Assembly (NCBI GenBank): GCA_963422765.1
Contig: OY730490.1
Span: forward strand, 2,453,211 to 2,517,210
Length of the DNA: 64,000 bases
Direction of reading: 5' to 3'
From: Dehalococcoidia bacterium
GTDB taxonomy: Bacteria; Chloroflexota; Dehalococcoidia; Lucifugimonadales; UBA3495
Under the pieces are notes generated by a model. The model was not told the origin of the DNA. It ran no database searches and saw nothing but the letters and a program-made list of their open reading frames with translations. The position numbers and the translations under genes were made by a program. Below, piece by piece: positions 1 through 8,812 of this stretch; position 1 is the stretch's first letter; each line of letters opens with the position of its first letter.

Positions 1-1905
1 CGAGACGAACGCGCCGCCTACTACACCAAGCCAATCACCGCCGAGATTCTGGCCAATATGACCACGGCGCGGTTGGCGGTGCTCAAAGAAGCGAAATATA
101 ACGAAATATGCGCCGGAACCGGAACTCTGGCCCGCGCCACCGAGGAAAACATACGCTTTCGCTACTACGCCGAAACCGAAGAAAAAGCCAGCATCCATGC
201 TGAGCGGATGCAACGCTGCATTCAACTGACCGACATCAATCCGCAGTCAATTTCGGTCGCAGTAGCCAGTTTGACCTCCCTGGAGCCGCAGACACGGTTC
301 GATTCCACTGCAATGTTCGCTATCACCGCCAATGGCGGGTCACTGAACTTTCTCAAGCGAGAAGGCGTCTCCAATATGCAGAACCTGCTTATCGGACGAA
401 ACGGCGCCCAAGGCGAAATGCTCACGATTATTCCCCGCGTCGTGGGAATCTGTTGTAATAACGACCCTTACTTCCGCCCGAGGGGAGGGGCCAAAAGCCC
501 CATATCCAGCAAGGATATGCAAAGCTACAAACGACGGGCCGACCGGCTGGTTAAAGACGTAGCTCACGGCCAGGCAGGGCTGGCGACCTTCATGCACGTA
601 ATCGAGCATCAAATGCTGGGCCACGGCTGCCCGCATGGCAAAGTCCTGCCTCTGACGGCCGCCCACGCCGAAACGTACACCGGGTTCCGTCGCAATATCG
701 AAAACGAATACTGCGACGTTATTGCCATTAGCACTGCCTCTGGCGATGGCGCTTCCATGTCGGCCGACACCGGAATACAGGAGATGCTGCTGGTTGCCAC
801 CAAGCATCTCGGCCCGCAAAATTCGCCGCAACAGTTGCAAAACGGCGACCGGGCGGTTACCTGCGTTAACCTGAACACCACATTCGAGACCCGGCTGGAA
901 GCTAAGATGTTCGCCGACGGCATCCGGCGGGAAGTAGCTCTTGGCAAGCCCAACGGCCAGATAACCACCGGTTCGGTCATCGGAACCTATTACAGGATGA
1001 CCAATCTGGGCGAAGGCAAACCCTGGTCCGCTCTAGGCACCAGCGGAGATTACACCGTCCTGACCGATGCGGTCACCAAAGGAACAGCTTGGAATCCTGC
1101 CACTGGCCAAACTACCGCCATCGCTTTGCCGATGACAACGCTAAGTGGTGTGTCGGGCAAAGGCCCGACACACCACTTGCTGGGATGTCTCCCAGCAAGT
1201 CGTGACCCTCGTGGGGCGTTTACGATGTATCCGAAGACCGAAACCCAAAGCCATAACAACCCGTCCTTGTGGGAATTGCAAGCTGGACAGCAAACAAAGA
1301 TAAGCTGCGAACCAACCCATTACGGAGAGCCGCGCGGTGACGCGGAGGAAGCGGAGCGTATGCTGGAAACAGCCGGTCACTTTCACCTGTCGCGGAATTT
1401 AAGGATGAGCGCCCAGAAAATCGCGGTAGCCTACACGGAAACTAAGTGTATGGGCGGCAGGTCTTGGACCACAATCAACGCTGAAGAAAGTGTAACCAAA
1501 GCGGTAGCCTTGTTTCTTAACAGTACTTACGGCCTGCTGATAAGAATAGGATACGGTCAGTCCACTGACTTGGGACGCTCGCCCATCCAAGTTAGGGCGA
1601 TAGACAACCATCCAATCCCCGACTTTGCAAGCGAAAGCGATGCTGGAAAGAAAGCGCGTAAAATAGCTGCGGAAAACTTCGAGCGGATACGAAACCTCTC
1701 TCTGGAACGCATCAGCCTATGCGTGATTGACCCGAACCGCCAAGAGATAGACCGGGTTGTGACGCTGATGCTGGGGTTGCCTGTTGGCCGGGAAACTCAG
1801 GATATGCTGGCTTTATGGCGGCGGCTGATGTGCCTACAGCCAGCGGTGAACGCCAATAACAAAGAAACACTGGCAACGCTGTCCGAAGCGGGCATCACCG
1901 GCTGA
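1..1905 (+). CDS. SAM-dependent DNA methyltransferase-like protein, 5'-truncated by the window edge, with a large uncharacterised C-terminal part
   Basis: Frame 1 is open from nt 1 (RDERAAYYTKPITAEILAN precedes the tracked Met at 58). YYTKP resembles the (F/Y)YTP motif, EICAGTGTLA a motif-I SAM loop, and NNDPYF a degenerate (N/D)PP(Y/F) motif IV. I recognise nothing in the rest. Confidence 0.4.
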   Translation, partial: RDERAAYYTKPITAEILANMTTARLAVLKEAKYNEICAGTGTLARATEENIRFRYYAETEEKASIHAERMQRCIQLTDINPQSISVAVASLTSLEPQTRFDSTAMFAITANGGSLNFLKREGVSNMQNLLIGRNGAQGEMLTIIPRVVGICCNNDPYFRPRGGAKSPISSKDMQSYKRRADRLVKDVAHGQAGLATFMHVIEHQMLGHGCPHGKVLPLTAAHAETYTGFRRNIENEYCDVIAISTASGDGASMSADTGIQEMLLVATKHLGPQNSPQQLQNGDRAVTCVNLNTTFETRLEAKMFADGIRREVALGKPNGQITTGSVIGTYYRMTNLGEGKPWSALGTSGDYTVLTDAVTKGTAWNPATGQTTAIALPMTTLSGVSGKGPTHHLLGCLPASRDPRGAFTMYPKTETQSHNNPSLWELQAGQQTKISCEPTHYGEPRGDAEEAERMLETAGHFHLSRNLRMSAQKIAVAYTETKCMGGRSWTTINAEESVTKAVALFLNSTYGLLIRIGYGQSTDLGRSPIQVRAIDNHPIPDFASESDAGKKARKIAAENFERIRNLSLERISLCVIDPNRQEIDRVVTLMLGLPVGRETQDMLALWRRLMCLQPAVNANNKETLATLSEAGITG

Positions 1906-1964
1906 GGGTCGTGCGGGAAGTTTAGGGCGCATTCTCCTTACCCAACTAGCCCCGCCGCCCCGCG

Positions 1965-1996
1965 TTGACACCCCCACTCGCCGATGGTAGCATAAT
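1965..1996 (+). promoter_or_regulatory. Putative sigma-70-type promoter of the suf operon
   Basis: TTGACA at 1965-1970 with TAGCATAAT at 1988-1996 (17-nt spacer to TAGCAT), about 110 nt upstream of the sufB start. Confidence 0.5.
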
Positions 1997-2019
1997 TGTT
2001 GACGCTGACAGTCAACAAT
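1995..2019. promoter_or_regulatory. Perfect 9-bp inverted repeat, candidate operator
   Basis: ATTGTTGAC-N7-GTCAACAAT directly abuts or overlaps the -10 region of the suf promoter. Confidence 0.5.
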
Positions 2020-2105
2020 GTTGGCGCATCTCCCGGCGGCGCAGACGCTGGCCGTCGGCCCATCCCCGAAAACGTCCAACCAGGGACACCCCCAAGGAGA
2101 AGCCG

Positions 2106-3569
2106 ATGACCACCCCCAGGGTCATTTCCCGGGACACCACCTCCACCGAACTGGACTCCGACTACAAGTGGGGTTTCACCATAGACATAGGGTCCGATCT
2201 GGCCCCCAAGGGGCTCAGCGAGGATGTCGTGCGCCTCATCTCGGCCAAGAAGGAAGAGCCGGAGTGGATGCTGGAATGGCGGCTCAAGGCGTTCCGGCAC
2301 TGGGTGCGGCTTCAGTATCAGGAACCGGAGTGGGCCAACATCCACCACGCCCCCATTGACTATCAGGACATCTACTACTACGCCGCCCCTTCCAGCAAGG
2401 AAGCTCCCAAGAGCCTCGACGAAGTGGACCCGGAGGTGCTGGAAGCCTTCGAGAAGCTGGGCATCCCCCTCCAGGAGCGGGAGCGTCTGGCCGGCGTGGC
2501 CGTGGACGCAGTGCTGGACAGCGTGTCCGTCGCCACCACCTACCAGGATATGCTGGAAAAGGAAGGCATCATCTTCTGCTCGATGAGCGAAGCGGTGAAG
2601 AATCACCCAGAGCTGATTCAGAAATATCTCGGCTCCGTGGTTCCTTACACCGACAACTTTTTCGCCACCCTCAACTCGGCGGTGTTCAGCGACGGCTCCT
2701 TCGCCTACATCCCCAAGGGCGTGCGCTGCCCCATTGAGCTGATGACCTACTTCCGCATCAACCAAGCCGACTCCGGCCAGTTCGAGCGGACACTGATCGT
2801 CTGCGAGGAAGGCGCCTACGTTAGCTATCTCGAAGGCTGCACCGCCCCGGCCCGCAAGTCCCACCAGCTTCACGCCGCGGTGGTGGAACTGGTGGCGCTG
2901 GACGACGCCGAGATCAAGTATTCCACGCTTCAGAACTGGTTCCCCGGCGACAAGGACGGCAATGGCGGCGTCTACAATTTCGTCACCAAGCGCGGGCTGG
3001 CCGGCGGGCGCAACTCCAAGATTTCCTGGACGCAGGTGGAGACCGGCTCGGCCATCACCTGGAAGTATCCCAGCGTCATACTGAAGGGCGACAACTCCAC
3101 CGGCGAGTTCTACTCGGTGGCGCTGGTCAACCGCTACCAACAGGCCGACACCGGCACCAAGATGATTCACCAAGGCAAGAACACCAAGAGCACCATCGTA
3201 GCCAAGGGCATATCCGCCGGACAAGGCAACGCCACCTACCGCGGGCTGGTCAAGATGATGCCCACGGCGGACGGCGCCAAGAACTTCACCCAGTGCGATT
3301 CGCTGCTCATCGGCGACCAGTGCGGCGCCCATACCGTCCCCTACATCGAGGTCAAGAACCCCACGGCCCAGCTTGAACACGAGGCTTCCACCTCCAAAGT
3401 AAGTGACGACCAGCTCTTCTACTGCCAGCAGCGGGGGATGTCCGTCGAAGACGCCCACTTTATGATAGTCAACGGCTTCTGCCGCGGCATCTTCCAGGAA
3501 CTCCCCTTCGAGTTCGCCATGGAGGCGTCACAGTTGCTGAAGGTCAGCCTCGAAGGAGCCGTGGGGTAA
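2106..3569 (+). CDS. sufB: Fe-S cluster assembly protein SufB
   Basis: Typical SufB sequence ([18 protein letters not shown]-terminal [18 protein letters not shown]). ATG at 2106 is preceded by AAGGAGA. The tracked 1965 start runs through the promoter. Confidence 0.93.
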   Translation: MTTPRVISRDTTSTELDSDYKWGFTIDIGSDLAPKGLSEDVVRLISAKKEEPEWMLEWRLKAFRHWVRLQYQEPEWANIHHAPIDYQDIYYYAAPSSKEAPKSLDEVDPEVLEAFEKLGIPLQERERLAGVAVDAVLDSVSVATTYQDMLEKEGIIFCSMSEAVKNHPELIQKYLGSVVPYTDNFFATLNSAVFSDGSFAYIPKGVRCPIELMTYFRINQADSGQFERTLIVCEEGAYVSYLEGCTAPARKSHQLHAAVVELVALDDAEIKYSTLQNWFPGDKDGNGGVYNFVTKRGLAGGRNSKISWTQVETGSAITWKYPSVILKGDNSTGEFYSVALVNRYQQADTGTKMIHQGKNTKSTIVAKGISAGQGNATYRGLVKMMPTADGAKNFTQCDSLLIGDQCGAHTVPYIEVKNPTAQLEHEASTSKVSDDQLFYCQQRGMSVEDAHFMIVNGFCRGIFQELPFEFAMEASQLLKVSLEGAVG

Positions 3570-3581
3570 TTAGGTCAACAG

Positions 3582-3615
3582 CCCCTCTCCCAAGGGGAGA
3601 GGGGCAGGGGGAGGG
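3582..3615. repeat. REP-like hairpin element
   Basis: CCCCTCTCC-caag-GGGAGAGGGG followed by CAGGGGGAGGG. It belongs to the family listed in the findings and sits between the sufB stop and the next gene. Confidence 0.6.
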
Positions 3616-3624
3616 CGTTCTATC

Positions 3625-4017
3625 GTGTTACGCGCCTACCGCAGCAATGTAGATAATGACGGCACCATTCGGTTGCCGGCAGACGTGAACTTGCCGCCGG
3701 ACAGTGAGGTTCTAGTAGTTGTGCTGAACGAGCCTCAAGCTGAGGCTGGCGAGAATGTCCAACCTGCCCCATATTACCAACATCAGCGATGCCTCTGTGG
3801 TTGTGGCAATGAAAACAATCCTGGCTCCCGCTTCAGGCAAGGCCACGATATGAGAGTGAGAGCTGCCCTTCTCCGTGCAGAGAACGGGATTCTCACCCCT
3901 GACGATAATGAGTGTGTTCGCACACTCAGAGGCGCTGCGCAGAGAGACCATAGTTTGGTAATACACGAATTCACCGCCCCGAGGATCCTCGAACTCTTGA
4001 ATGGCGCGGCGGAGTAG
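3625..4017 (+). CDS. DUF104-like (AF2212-type antitoxin-like) N-terminal domain fused to a Cys-rich C-terminal extension
   Basis: N-terminus DNDGTIRLPADVNLPPDSEVLVVVL matches the DUF104 pattern. The C-terminus carries CLCGCG..RFRQGHD. GTG start. Composition looks lower in G+C than the flanking suf genes. Confidence 0.55.
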   Translation: MLRAYRSNVDNDGTIRLPADVNLPPDSEVLVVVLNEPQAEAGENVQPAPYYQHQRCLCGCGNENNPGSRFRQGHDMRVRAALLRAENGILTPDDNECVRTLRGAAQRDHSLVIHEFTAPRILELLNGAAE

Positions 4018-4046
4018 GGCGAGAAACCAGGGAAAGGAACAGAGTT

Positions 4047-4274
4047 ATGATGTTTACCCATCGAGGTGTTATTGATGATGAGGGAATCATTCGTTTTCTG
4101 GATGATATCAAGCTGAAGGAAGGCACTCATGTCTTGGTTACAGTGGCTGACCCGGACACCTTGATTGCTCTATTCAGGTCCCCCTATCTTTCCAAGATGC
4201 CGGAGGAGAGATTGCGGGCAGAGATAGAAGAGGATGCAGCGTGGGCCCATCTGCTGAAACATCGGCCATCGTAA
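4047..4274 (+). CDS. DUF104-like small protein, paralog of the N-terminus of 3625..4017
   Basis: HRGVIDDEGIIRFLDDIKLKEGTHVLVTV parallels the upstream gene and the DUF104 consensus. No PIN/VapC-type partner is adjacent. Confidence 0.55.
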   Translation: MMFTHRGVIDDEGIIRFLDDIKLKEGTHVLVTVADPDTLIALFRSPYLSKMPEERLRAEIEEDAAWAHLLKHRPS

Positions 4275-4361
4275 CGGCGCGATTTCTCTACTGAAGCCGG
4301 AAGTTTTCAACCGTCTGCTTGACGCCACAATGGACATTCTTAACCAAAACCGGATGCGACA

Positions 4362-5138
4362 ATGACCAACAATCAACCACTGCTTTCCGTCCGCGGCCTG
4401 TGCGCCTCGGCGGGCGGCCTTGAAATCCTGAACGGCGTTGACTTGGAAGTCTGCGCCGGGGAAGTACACGCCATCATGGGGCCCAACGGCTCCGGCAAGA
4501 GCACCCTCGCCAACGTGCTGGCGGGCCGCCCCGACTACACCGTAACCGCCGGACAGGCCATCTACGCCGGCGAAGACCTGCTGGCCCTGGAGCCGGAAAT
4601 CCGCGCGCGCATGGGCGTGTTCCTGGCCTTCCAGTATCCCGTCGAACTCCCCGGCGTCCGCGCTTGGCAGTTCCTCAAGGCCGGGGTGGACGCCCGCCGT
4701 GTCCACAACGGCGAGGAAGAACTCTCGGCCCGCGAATTTCAGCGCCTGCTGGACCAAAAGGTAAAGCAGGTCGAGATTGACCCCGAACTGGTGCGCCGCG
4801 CCGTCAATGAGGGCTTCTCCGGCGGCGAAAAGAAGCGCAACGAAATTCTGCAAATGGCCGTCCTGGAACCGCGCCTCGCCCTGCTGGACGAAACCGACTC
4901 CGGCCTGGACATTGACGCCCTGCGCATCGTGTCCGACGGGGTGAACAAGCTGCGCTCCGAAGACAACGCTATGGTGCTGGTCACCCACTACCAGCGTATG
5001 CTCAACTACGTCCGCCCCGACCGGGTTCACGTCCTTGTCAGCGGTCGCATAGTCCATTCCGGCGGCCCCGATCTCGCTCTCGAACTGGAAGAAAAAGGTT
5101 ACGACTGGATCCGTGAGGAAGTGGAGTCCGGCGCATAG
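4362..5138 (+). CDS. sufC: Fe-S cluster assembly ATPase SufC
   Basis: ABC ATPase with Walker A GPNGSGKST, signature FSGGEKKR and Walker B LALLDETDSGLD. Confidence 0.93.
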   Translation: MTNNQPLLSVRGLCASAGGLEILNGVDLEVCAGEVHAIMGPNGSGKSTLANVLAGRPDYTVTAGQAIYAGEDLLALEPEIRARMGVFLAFQYPVELPGVRAWQFLKAGVDARRVHNGEEELSAREFQRLLDQKVKQVEIDPELVRRAVNEGFSGGEKKRNEILQMAVLEPRLALLDETDSGLDIDALRIVSDGVNKLRSEDNAMVLVTHYQRMLNYVRPDRVHVLVSGRIVHSGGPDLALELEEKGYDWIREEVESGA

Positions 5139-5142
5139 TCCT

Positions 5143-6408
5143 ATGAGTACGCAAGCCATACGTCACCCCCATTATCACGAAGGCCATCAAGCCCTCGCCT
5201 CCGCCAGTCCCGGCCCGGCGTGGCTGAACGGCCTGCGCGCCGCCGGATGGGAGCGCTTCAACGAAATCGGCTTCCCCACGGCCCGGCGCGGCAACGAGCG
5301 CTGGAAGTACACCAGCGTCCTGCCCATCTCCCGCGTCAACTTCGCTTGTCCTCAATTGGATGCGCAGAATGCCGGGGGCGCGGAGCTAAACTTCGGTTTC
5401 TCTCCGGTCTATGCGTCCCCTTCATATAATTGGGCAGACGGGGACGCTGTCCGTCAACACCTGGGCAGCATCGCTCCCCTCGAGGACGACGGCTTCACGG
5501 CGCTGAACACCGCATTCCTGCGGGACATCGCGGTGGTGCGGGTTCCCGACGGCAGCGACGCCCCGGTGTCTGTCTCCGTCAACCATACCAGCCCCATAAA
5601 CCCGGACGGCGGGCAGCAGTACGCCCGCCATCCCCGCACGCTCATCCTGGCCGGGCGCAACGCCAACCTCACCGTCGTCGAAACGTACACCGGCTCATCC
5701 GGGCCGCGCTACTTCACTAATGCCGTAACCGAGATTGTGCTGGACGAGGGCGCGCAGGTTGACCACTACCGCCTGCTGAACGAAAGCCCGTCTGCCTTCC
5801 ACGTTGGCACCACCCGCGTGCATCAGGCCAGGGACAGCAGCTTTTCATCGGCGTCCTTCGCGCTGGGAACGGCTCTGGCCCGCAACGACTTCGCGGTGAC
5901 GCTGGATGGCCCCGGCGCCTACTGCTCGCTCAATGGGCTGTACTACACCGGCCAGGGCCAGCACATAGACAACCTCATCAGCATTGACCACGCCCAGCCC
6001 CACTGCACCAGCCGTCTCAACTACAAGGGAATCTTAGACGGCAACTCCCGCGCCGTATTCGGCGGCGAGGTGCTGGTGCGCCGCAACGCCCAGAAGAGCG
6101 ACGCCCAGCAGACCGACAAGAACCTGCTGCTCTCTGATGACGCTGAGGTGGACAGCAAACCCAGCCTGCTGATCTACGCTGACGACGTGCAGTGCAGCCA
6201 CGGCGCCACCGCCGGGCAGATAGACGCCCTGACCCTGTTCTACCTGCGCAGCCGGGGACTGGCCCTGGAAGCAGCCAGCCGGATGCTGGTCAGCGCCTTC
6301 GCCCGCGAAATCGTGGACGCGGTTAACCCGGAACAACTGCGCGACTATCTGGATTCGCTATTCGACCGGAACATCGCAGTGAAGAGCTTGCCGGTCGGGA
6401 GAATGTAA
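5143..6408 (+). CDS. sufD: Fe-S cluster assembly protein SufD
   Basis: SufBD-family C-terminal region (DAEVDSKPSLLIYADDVQCSHGATAGQID). ATG at 5143 lies just after the sufC stop. The tracked 5113 start overlaps sufC. Confidence 0.88.
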   Translation: MSTQAIRHPHYHEGHQALASASPGPAWLNGLRAAGWERFNEIGFPTARRGNERWKYTSVLPISRVNFACPQLDAQNAGGAELNFGFSPVYASPSYNWADGDAVRQHLGSIAPLEDDGFTALNTAFLRDIAVVRVPDGSDAPVSVSVNHTSPINPDGGQQYARHPRTLILAGRNANLTVVETYTGSSGPRYFTNAVTEIVLDEGAQVDHYRLLNESPSAFHVGTTRVHQARDSSFSSASFALGTALARNDFAVTLDGPGAYCSLNGLYYTGQGQHIDNLISIDHAQPHCTSRLNYKGILDGNSRAVFGGEVLVRRNAQKSDAQQTDKNLLLSDDAEVDSKPSLLIYADDVQCSHGATAGQIDALTLFYLRSRGLALEAASRMLVSAFAREIVDAVNPEQLRDYLDSLFDRNIAVKSLPVGRM

Positions 6409-7635
6409 ATGCCCTCCCCTTTCGATGTGGAAAAAGTTCGGGCCGACTTTCCCGTGCTGCATCAGCTGGTCAACGGCAAGCCGCTGGTCTACCTGGACAA
6501 CGGCGCAACGTCGCAGAAGCCGCAGGCCGTGATTGACGAACTGGTGCGCTACTACACTACCGAGAACGCCAACGTGCATCGCGGCGTCCACACCCTGAGC
6601 CAGCGGGCCACCGATGATTACGAAGGCGCGCGAACCAAGCTGCGCGGCCTGCTCAACGCCGCCGATGACCACGAAATCATCTACACCCGCGGCACCACCG
6701 AGGGCATCAACCTGGTGGCTCAGTCCTACGGGCGGCAGAACATCGGCCCCGGCGACGAAATCATCGTCTCCAATATGGAGCATCACTCCAACATCGTCCC
6801 CTGGCAAATGCTCTGCGAGGAAAAAGGCGCCGTGCTGCGGGTGATTCCTATTGACGACACCGGCGAACTGCTGATGGACGAATACGAGCGTATGCTGTCG
6901 CCCCGCGCCAAGCTGGTGTCCATCACCCACGTGTCCAACGCCCTAGGCACCATCCTGCCCGTGGAGCAGATTATAGAGATGGCCCACGCCCAGGGAGCGC
7001 CAGTGTTGCTGGACGGCGCCCAGGCCGTGCCTCACCTGCCGGTGGACGTGCGCAAGCTGGATTGCGACTTCTACGTTTTCTCCGGCCACAAGCTCTTCGG
7101 CCCCACGGGAACCGGCGTCCTCTACGGCAAGGCCGAACTGCTGGAAGCCATGCCGCCCGTCTACGGCGGGGGTGAGATGATCAAGTCGGTGACCTTCGAG
7201 AAGACCATCTATAACGACCTGCCCTACAAGTTCGAGGCCGGCACCCCCAACATCGCCGGAGCCATCGGCCTGGGCGCGGCGGTGGACTACGTGCAGTCGG
7301 TGGGCTACGAGGCTTTTGCCGCCCACGAGGATGAATTGCTGGAGTACGGAACCAGGGCGCTGGAATCCATCGGCGGCCTGCGCATCATCGGCGCCTCGCC
7401 CCGGAAGGCCGGCATACTGTCCTTCGTCATAGACAACATTCACCCTCACGACATCGGCACCATCCTAGACGCCGAGGGCGTTGCCGTCCGCACCGGCCAC
7501 CACTGCGCCCAACCCGTGATGCAGCGATTCCAGATTCCCGCCACGGCCCGCGCTTCCCTCGCCATGTACAATACTAAAGAAGACATAGACGCCCTGGCGC
7601 GCGGAATAGACCGGGCCATAGAGGTATTCAGCTAA
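6409..7635 (+). CDS. sufS: Cysteine desulfurase SufS (class II aminotransferase V)
   Basis: [17 protein letters not shown], the PLP-lysine context [16 protein letters not shown], and the active-site loop RTGHHCAQP. Confidence 0.93.
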   Translation: MPSPFDVEKVRADFPVLHQLVNGKPLVYLDNGATSQKPQAVIDELVRYYTTENANVHRGVHTLSQRATDDYEGARTKLRGLLNAADDHEIIYTRGTTEGINLVAQSYGRQNIGPGDEIIVSNMEHHSNIVPWQMLCEEKGAVLRVIPIDDTGELLMDEYERMLSPRAKLVSITHVSNALGTILPVEQIIEMAHAQGAPVLLDGAQAVPHLPVDVRKLDCDFYVFSGHKLFGPTGTGVLYGKAELLEAMPPVYGGGEMIKSVTFEKTIYNDLPYKFEAGTPNIAGAIGLGAAVDYVQSVGYEAFAAHEDELLEYGTRALESIGGLRIIGASPRKAGILSFVIDNIHPHDIGTILDAEGVAVRTGHHCAQPVMQRFQIPATARASLAMYNTKEDIDALARGIDRAIEVFS

Positions 7636-8084
7636 TGCCGGGACTCAGCGACCTGTACCAGGAAATACTGCTGGAGCATAACAGCAAGCCGCGCAACTTC
7701 CGCAAGGTGGAAGACGCCAGCCGCACCGCCGAGGGTTACAACCCCCTGTGCGGCGACCAGATTACCCTCTACCTGAAGCTGGTGGACGGCGTGGTGGAGG
7801 ATGTCGGGTTTCAGGGGGTCGGCTGCGCCATATCCCGCGCTTCAGCCTCCATGATGACCCAAAGCATCAAGGGCAAGAGTCTTGATGAAGCCAACGTAAT
7901 CTTCGGCGCTTTCCACGATATGATTACCCGCCCCGATGCCGAACCCGACTATGAAATCTTGGGCGACCTCGAGACCCTGGCCGGCATCAACGAGTATCCC
8001 ACCCGCATCAAGTGCGCTATCATCCCCTGGCACACCATGCGCTCCGCCCTGAGCGGCGAAGGGGAAAAGGTGACCACGGAGTAG
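7635..8084 (+). CDS. sufU: SufU/IscU-like sulfur-transfer scaffold
   Basis: LYQEILLEHNSKPRN, NPLCGD, GCAISRASASMMT and RIKCAIIPW give the three conserved Cys ligands. The start overlaps the sufS stop by 1 nt. Confidence 0.9.
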   Translation: MPGLSDLYQEILLEHNSKPRNFRKVEDASRTAEGYNPLCGDQITLYLKLVDGVVEDVGFQGVGCAISRASASMMTQSIKGKSLDEANVIFGAFHDMITRPDAEPDYEILGDLETLAGINEYPTRIKCAIIPWHTMRSALSGEGEKVTTE

Positions 8085-8092
8085 CAGGAGTT

Positions 8093-8587
8093 ATGACCCA
8101 GCTAAACGGCCCCGTATTTGATGGGCTGTACGGCGACCTCATAATGGAGCATTATCGCAGCCCGCGGAACCGCGACCCGCTGGCGGACGCCACCTTTGCC
8201 GCCTATGAGCTGAACCCCTTTTGCGGCGACCTCATTGACCTGCAACTGCGGCTGGACGGCGCCGGAGCGGTGGACCGCGTGTTTGCCAACAGCGAAGGCT
8301 GCTCCATAATCCAGGCCTCCGCCTCCATGATGTCAGATGTGGTGAAAGGCAAGACGGTAGAGGAAATTGGGGGCCTGTCCCGCCGCTTCCGCTCTTTTCT
8401 TCGCTCTCAGCCCAAAGATGACGCGCGCTCCCAGCCCGGCCCTCGCTCCCAGCCCGAAGATGACGGGCAGTCCCTTTCGGCTCTGGGCGATCTGCGCGCG
8501 TTGGGGGTGGTGCGGCGGTATCCTGTCCGCATCAAGTGCGCCCTGCTTCCCTGGACGGCGCTGGAAGAAGCCATCCGGCAGCGTTAA
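8093..8587 (+). CDS. Second SufU-like paralog with a repeat-containing insertion
   Basis: LYGDLIMEHYRSPRN, NPFCGD, GCSIIQASASMM and RIKCALLPW. It carries an extra RSQPKDDA-RSQPGP-RSQPEDDG segment. ATG at 8093 follows GCAGGAG. Confidence 0.8.
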   Translation: MTQLNGPVFDGLYGDLIMEHYRSPRNRDPLADATFAAYELNPFCGDLIDLQLRLDGAGAVDRVFANSEGCSIIQASASMMSDVVKGKTVEEIGGLSRRFRSFLRSQPKDDARSQPGPRSQPEDDGQSLSALGDLRALGVVRRYPVRIKCALLPWTALEEAIRQR

Positions 8588-8664
8588 CCACCAAAGTGAG
8601 ACGCTAAGCGGACACAAACAACGAGAGACGCCAAGCAAATCCAAAATTTGCGTAAACGCGACGA

Positions 8665-8693
8665 TTGACACCCGTGTAGGGAATAAATATAAT
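8665..8693 (+). promoter_or_regulatory. Consensus sigma-70-type promoter upstream of pyrG
   Basis: TTGACA (8665-8670), a 17-nt spacer, then TATAAT (8688-8693), leaving a leader of about 115 nt. Confidence 0.6.
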
Positions 8694-8812
8694 CACCGTG
8701 GCGTCAATGTTTCCCCCTTCCCCCTCGCGCTGCCTCTATAATTTCCTTTCATCTAGTCGGCAGTGGCGGTGTTTGTTTAACAGCACTTCCCTATCTGTCA
8801 CTGTGCGGGTAT

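Noticed and set aside
1938-3458. Very long ORFs antisense to clear genes. Examples are 1938..3458(-), 4170..5159(-), 24326..25288(-), 36527..38116(+), 39874..41055(+), 42440..43447(+), 51906..52931(-) and 54768..55637(-).
   Set aside because: Each lies opposite a gene with strong family motifs (sufB, sufC, pdxS, valS, polX and others). Their translations are low-complexity and rich in G/A/R/H/V, which is typical of stop-poor antisense frames in high-G+C DNA.
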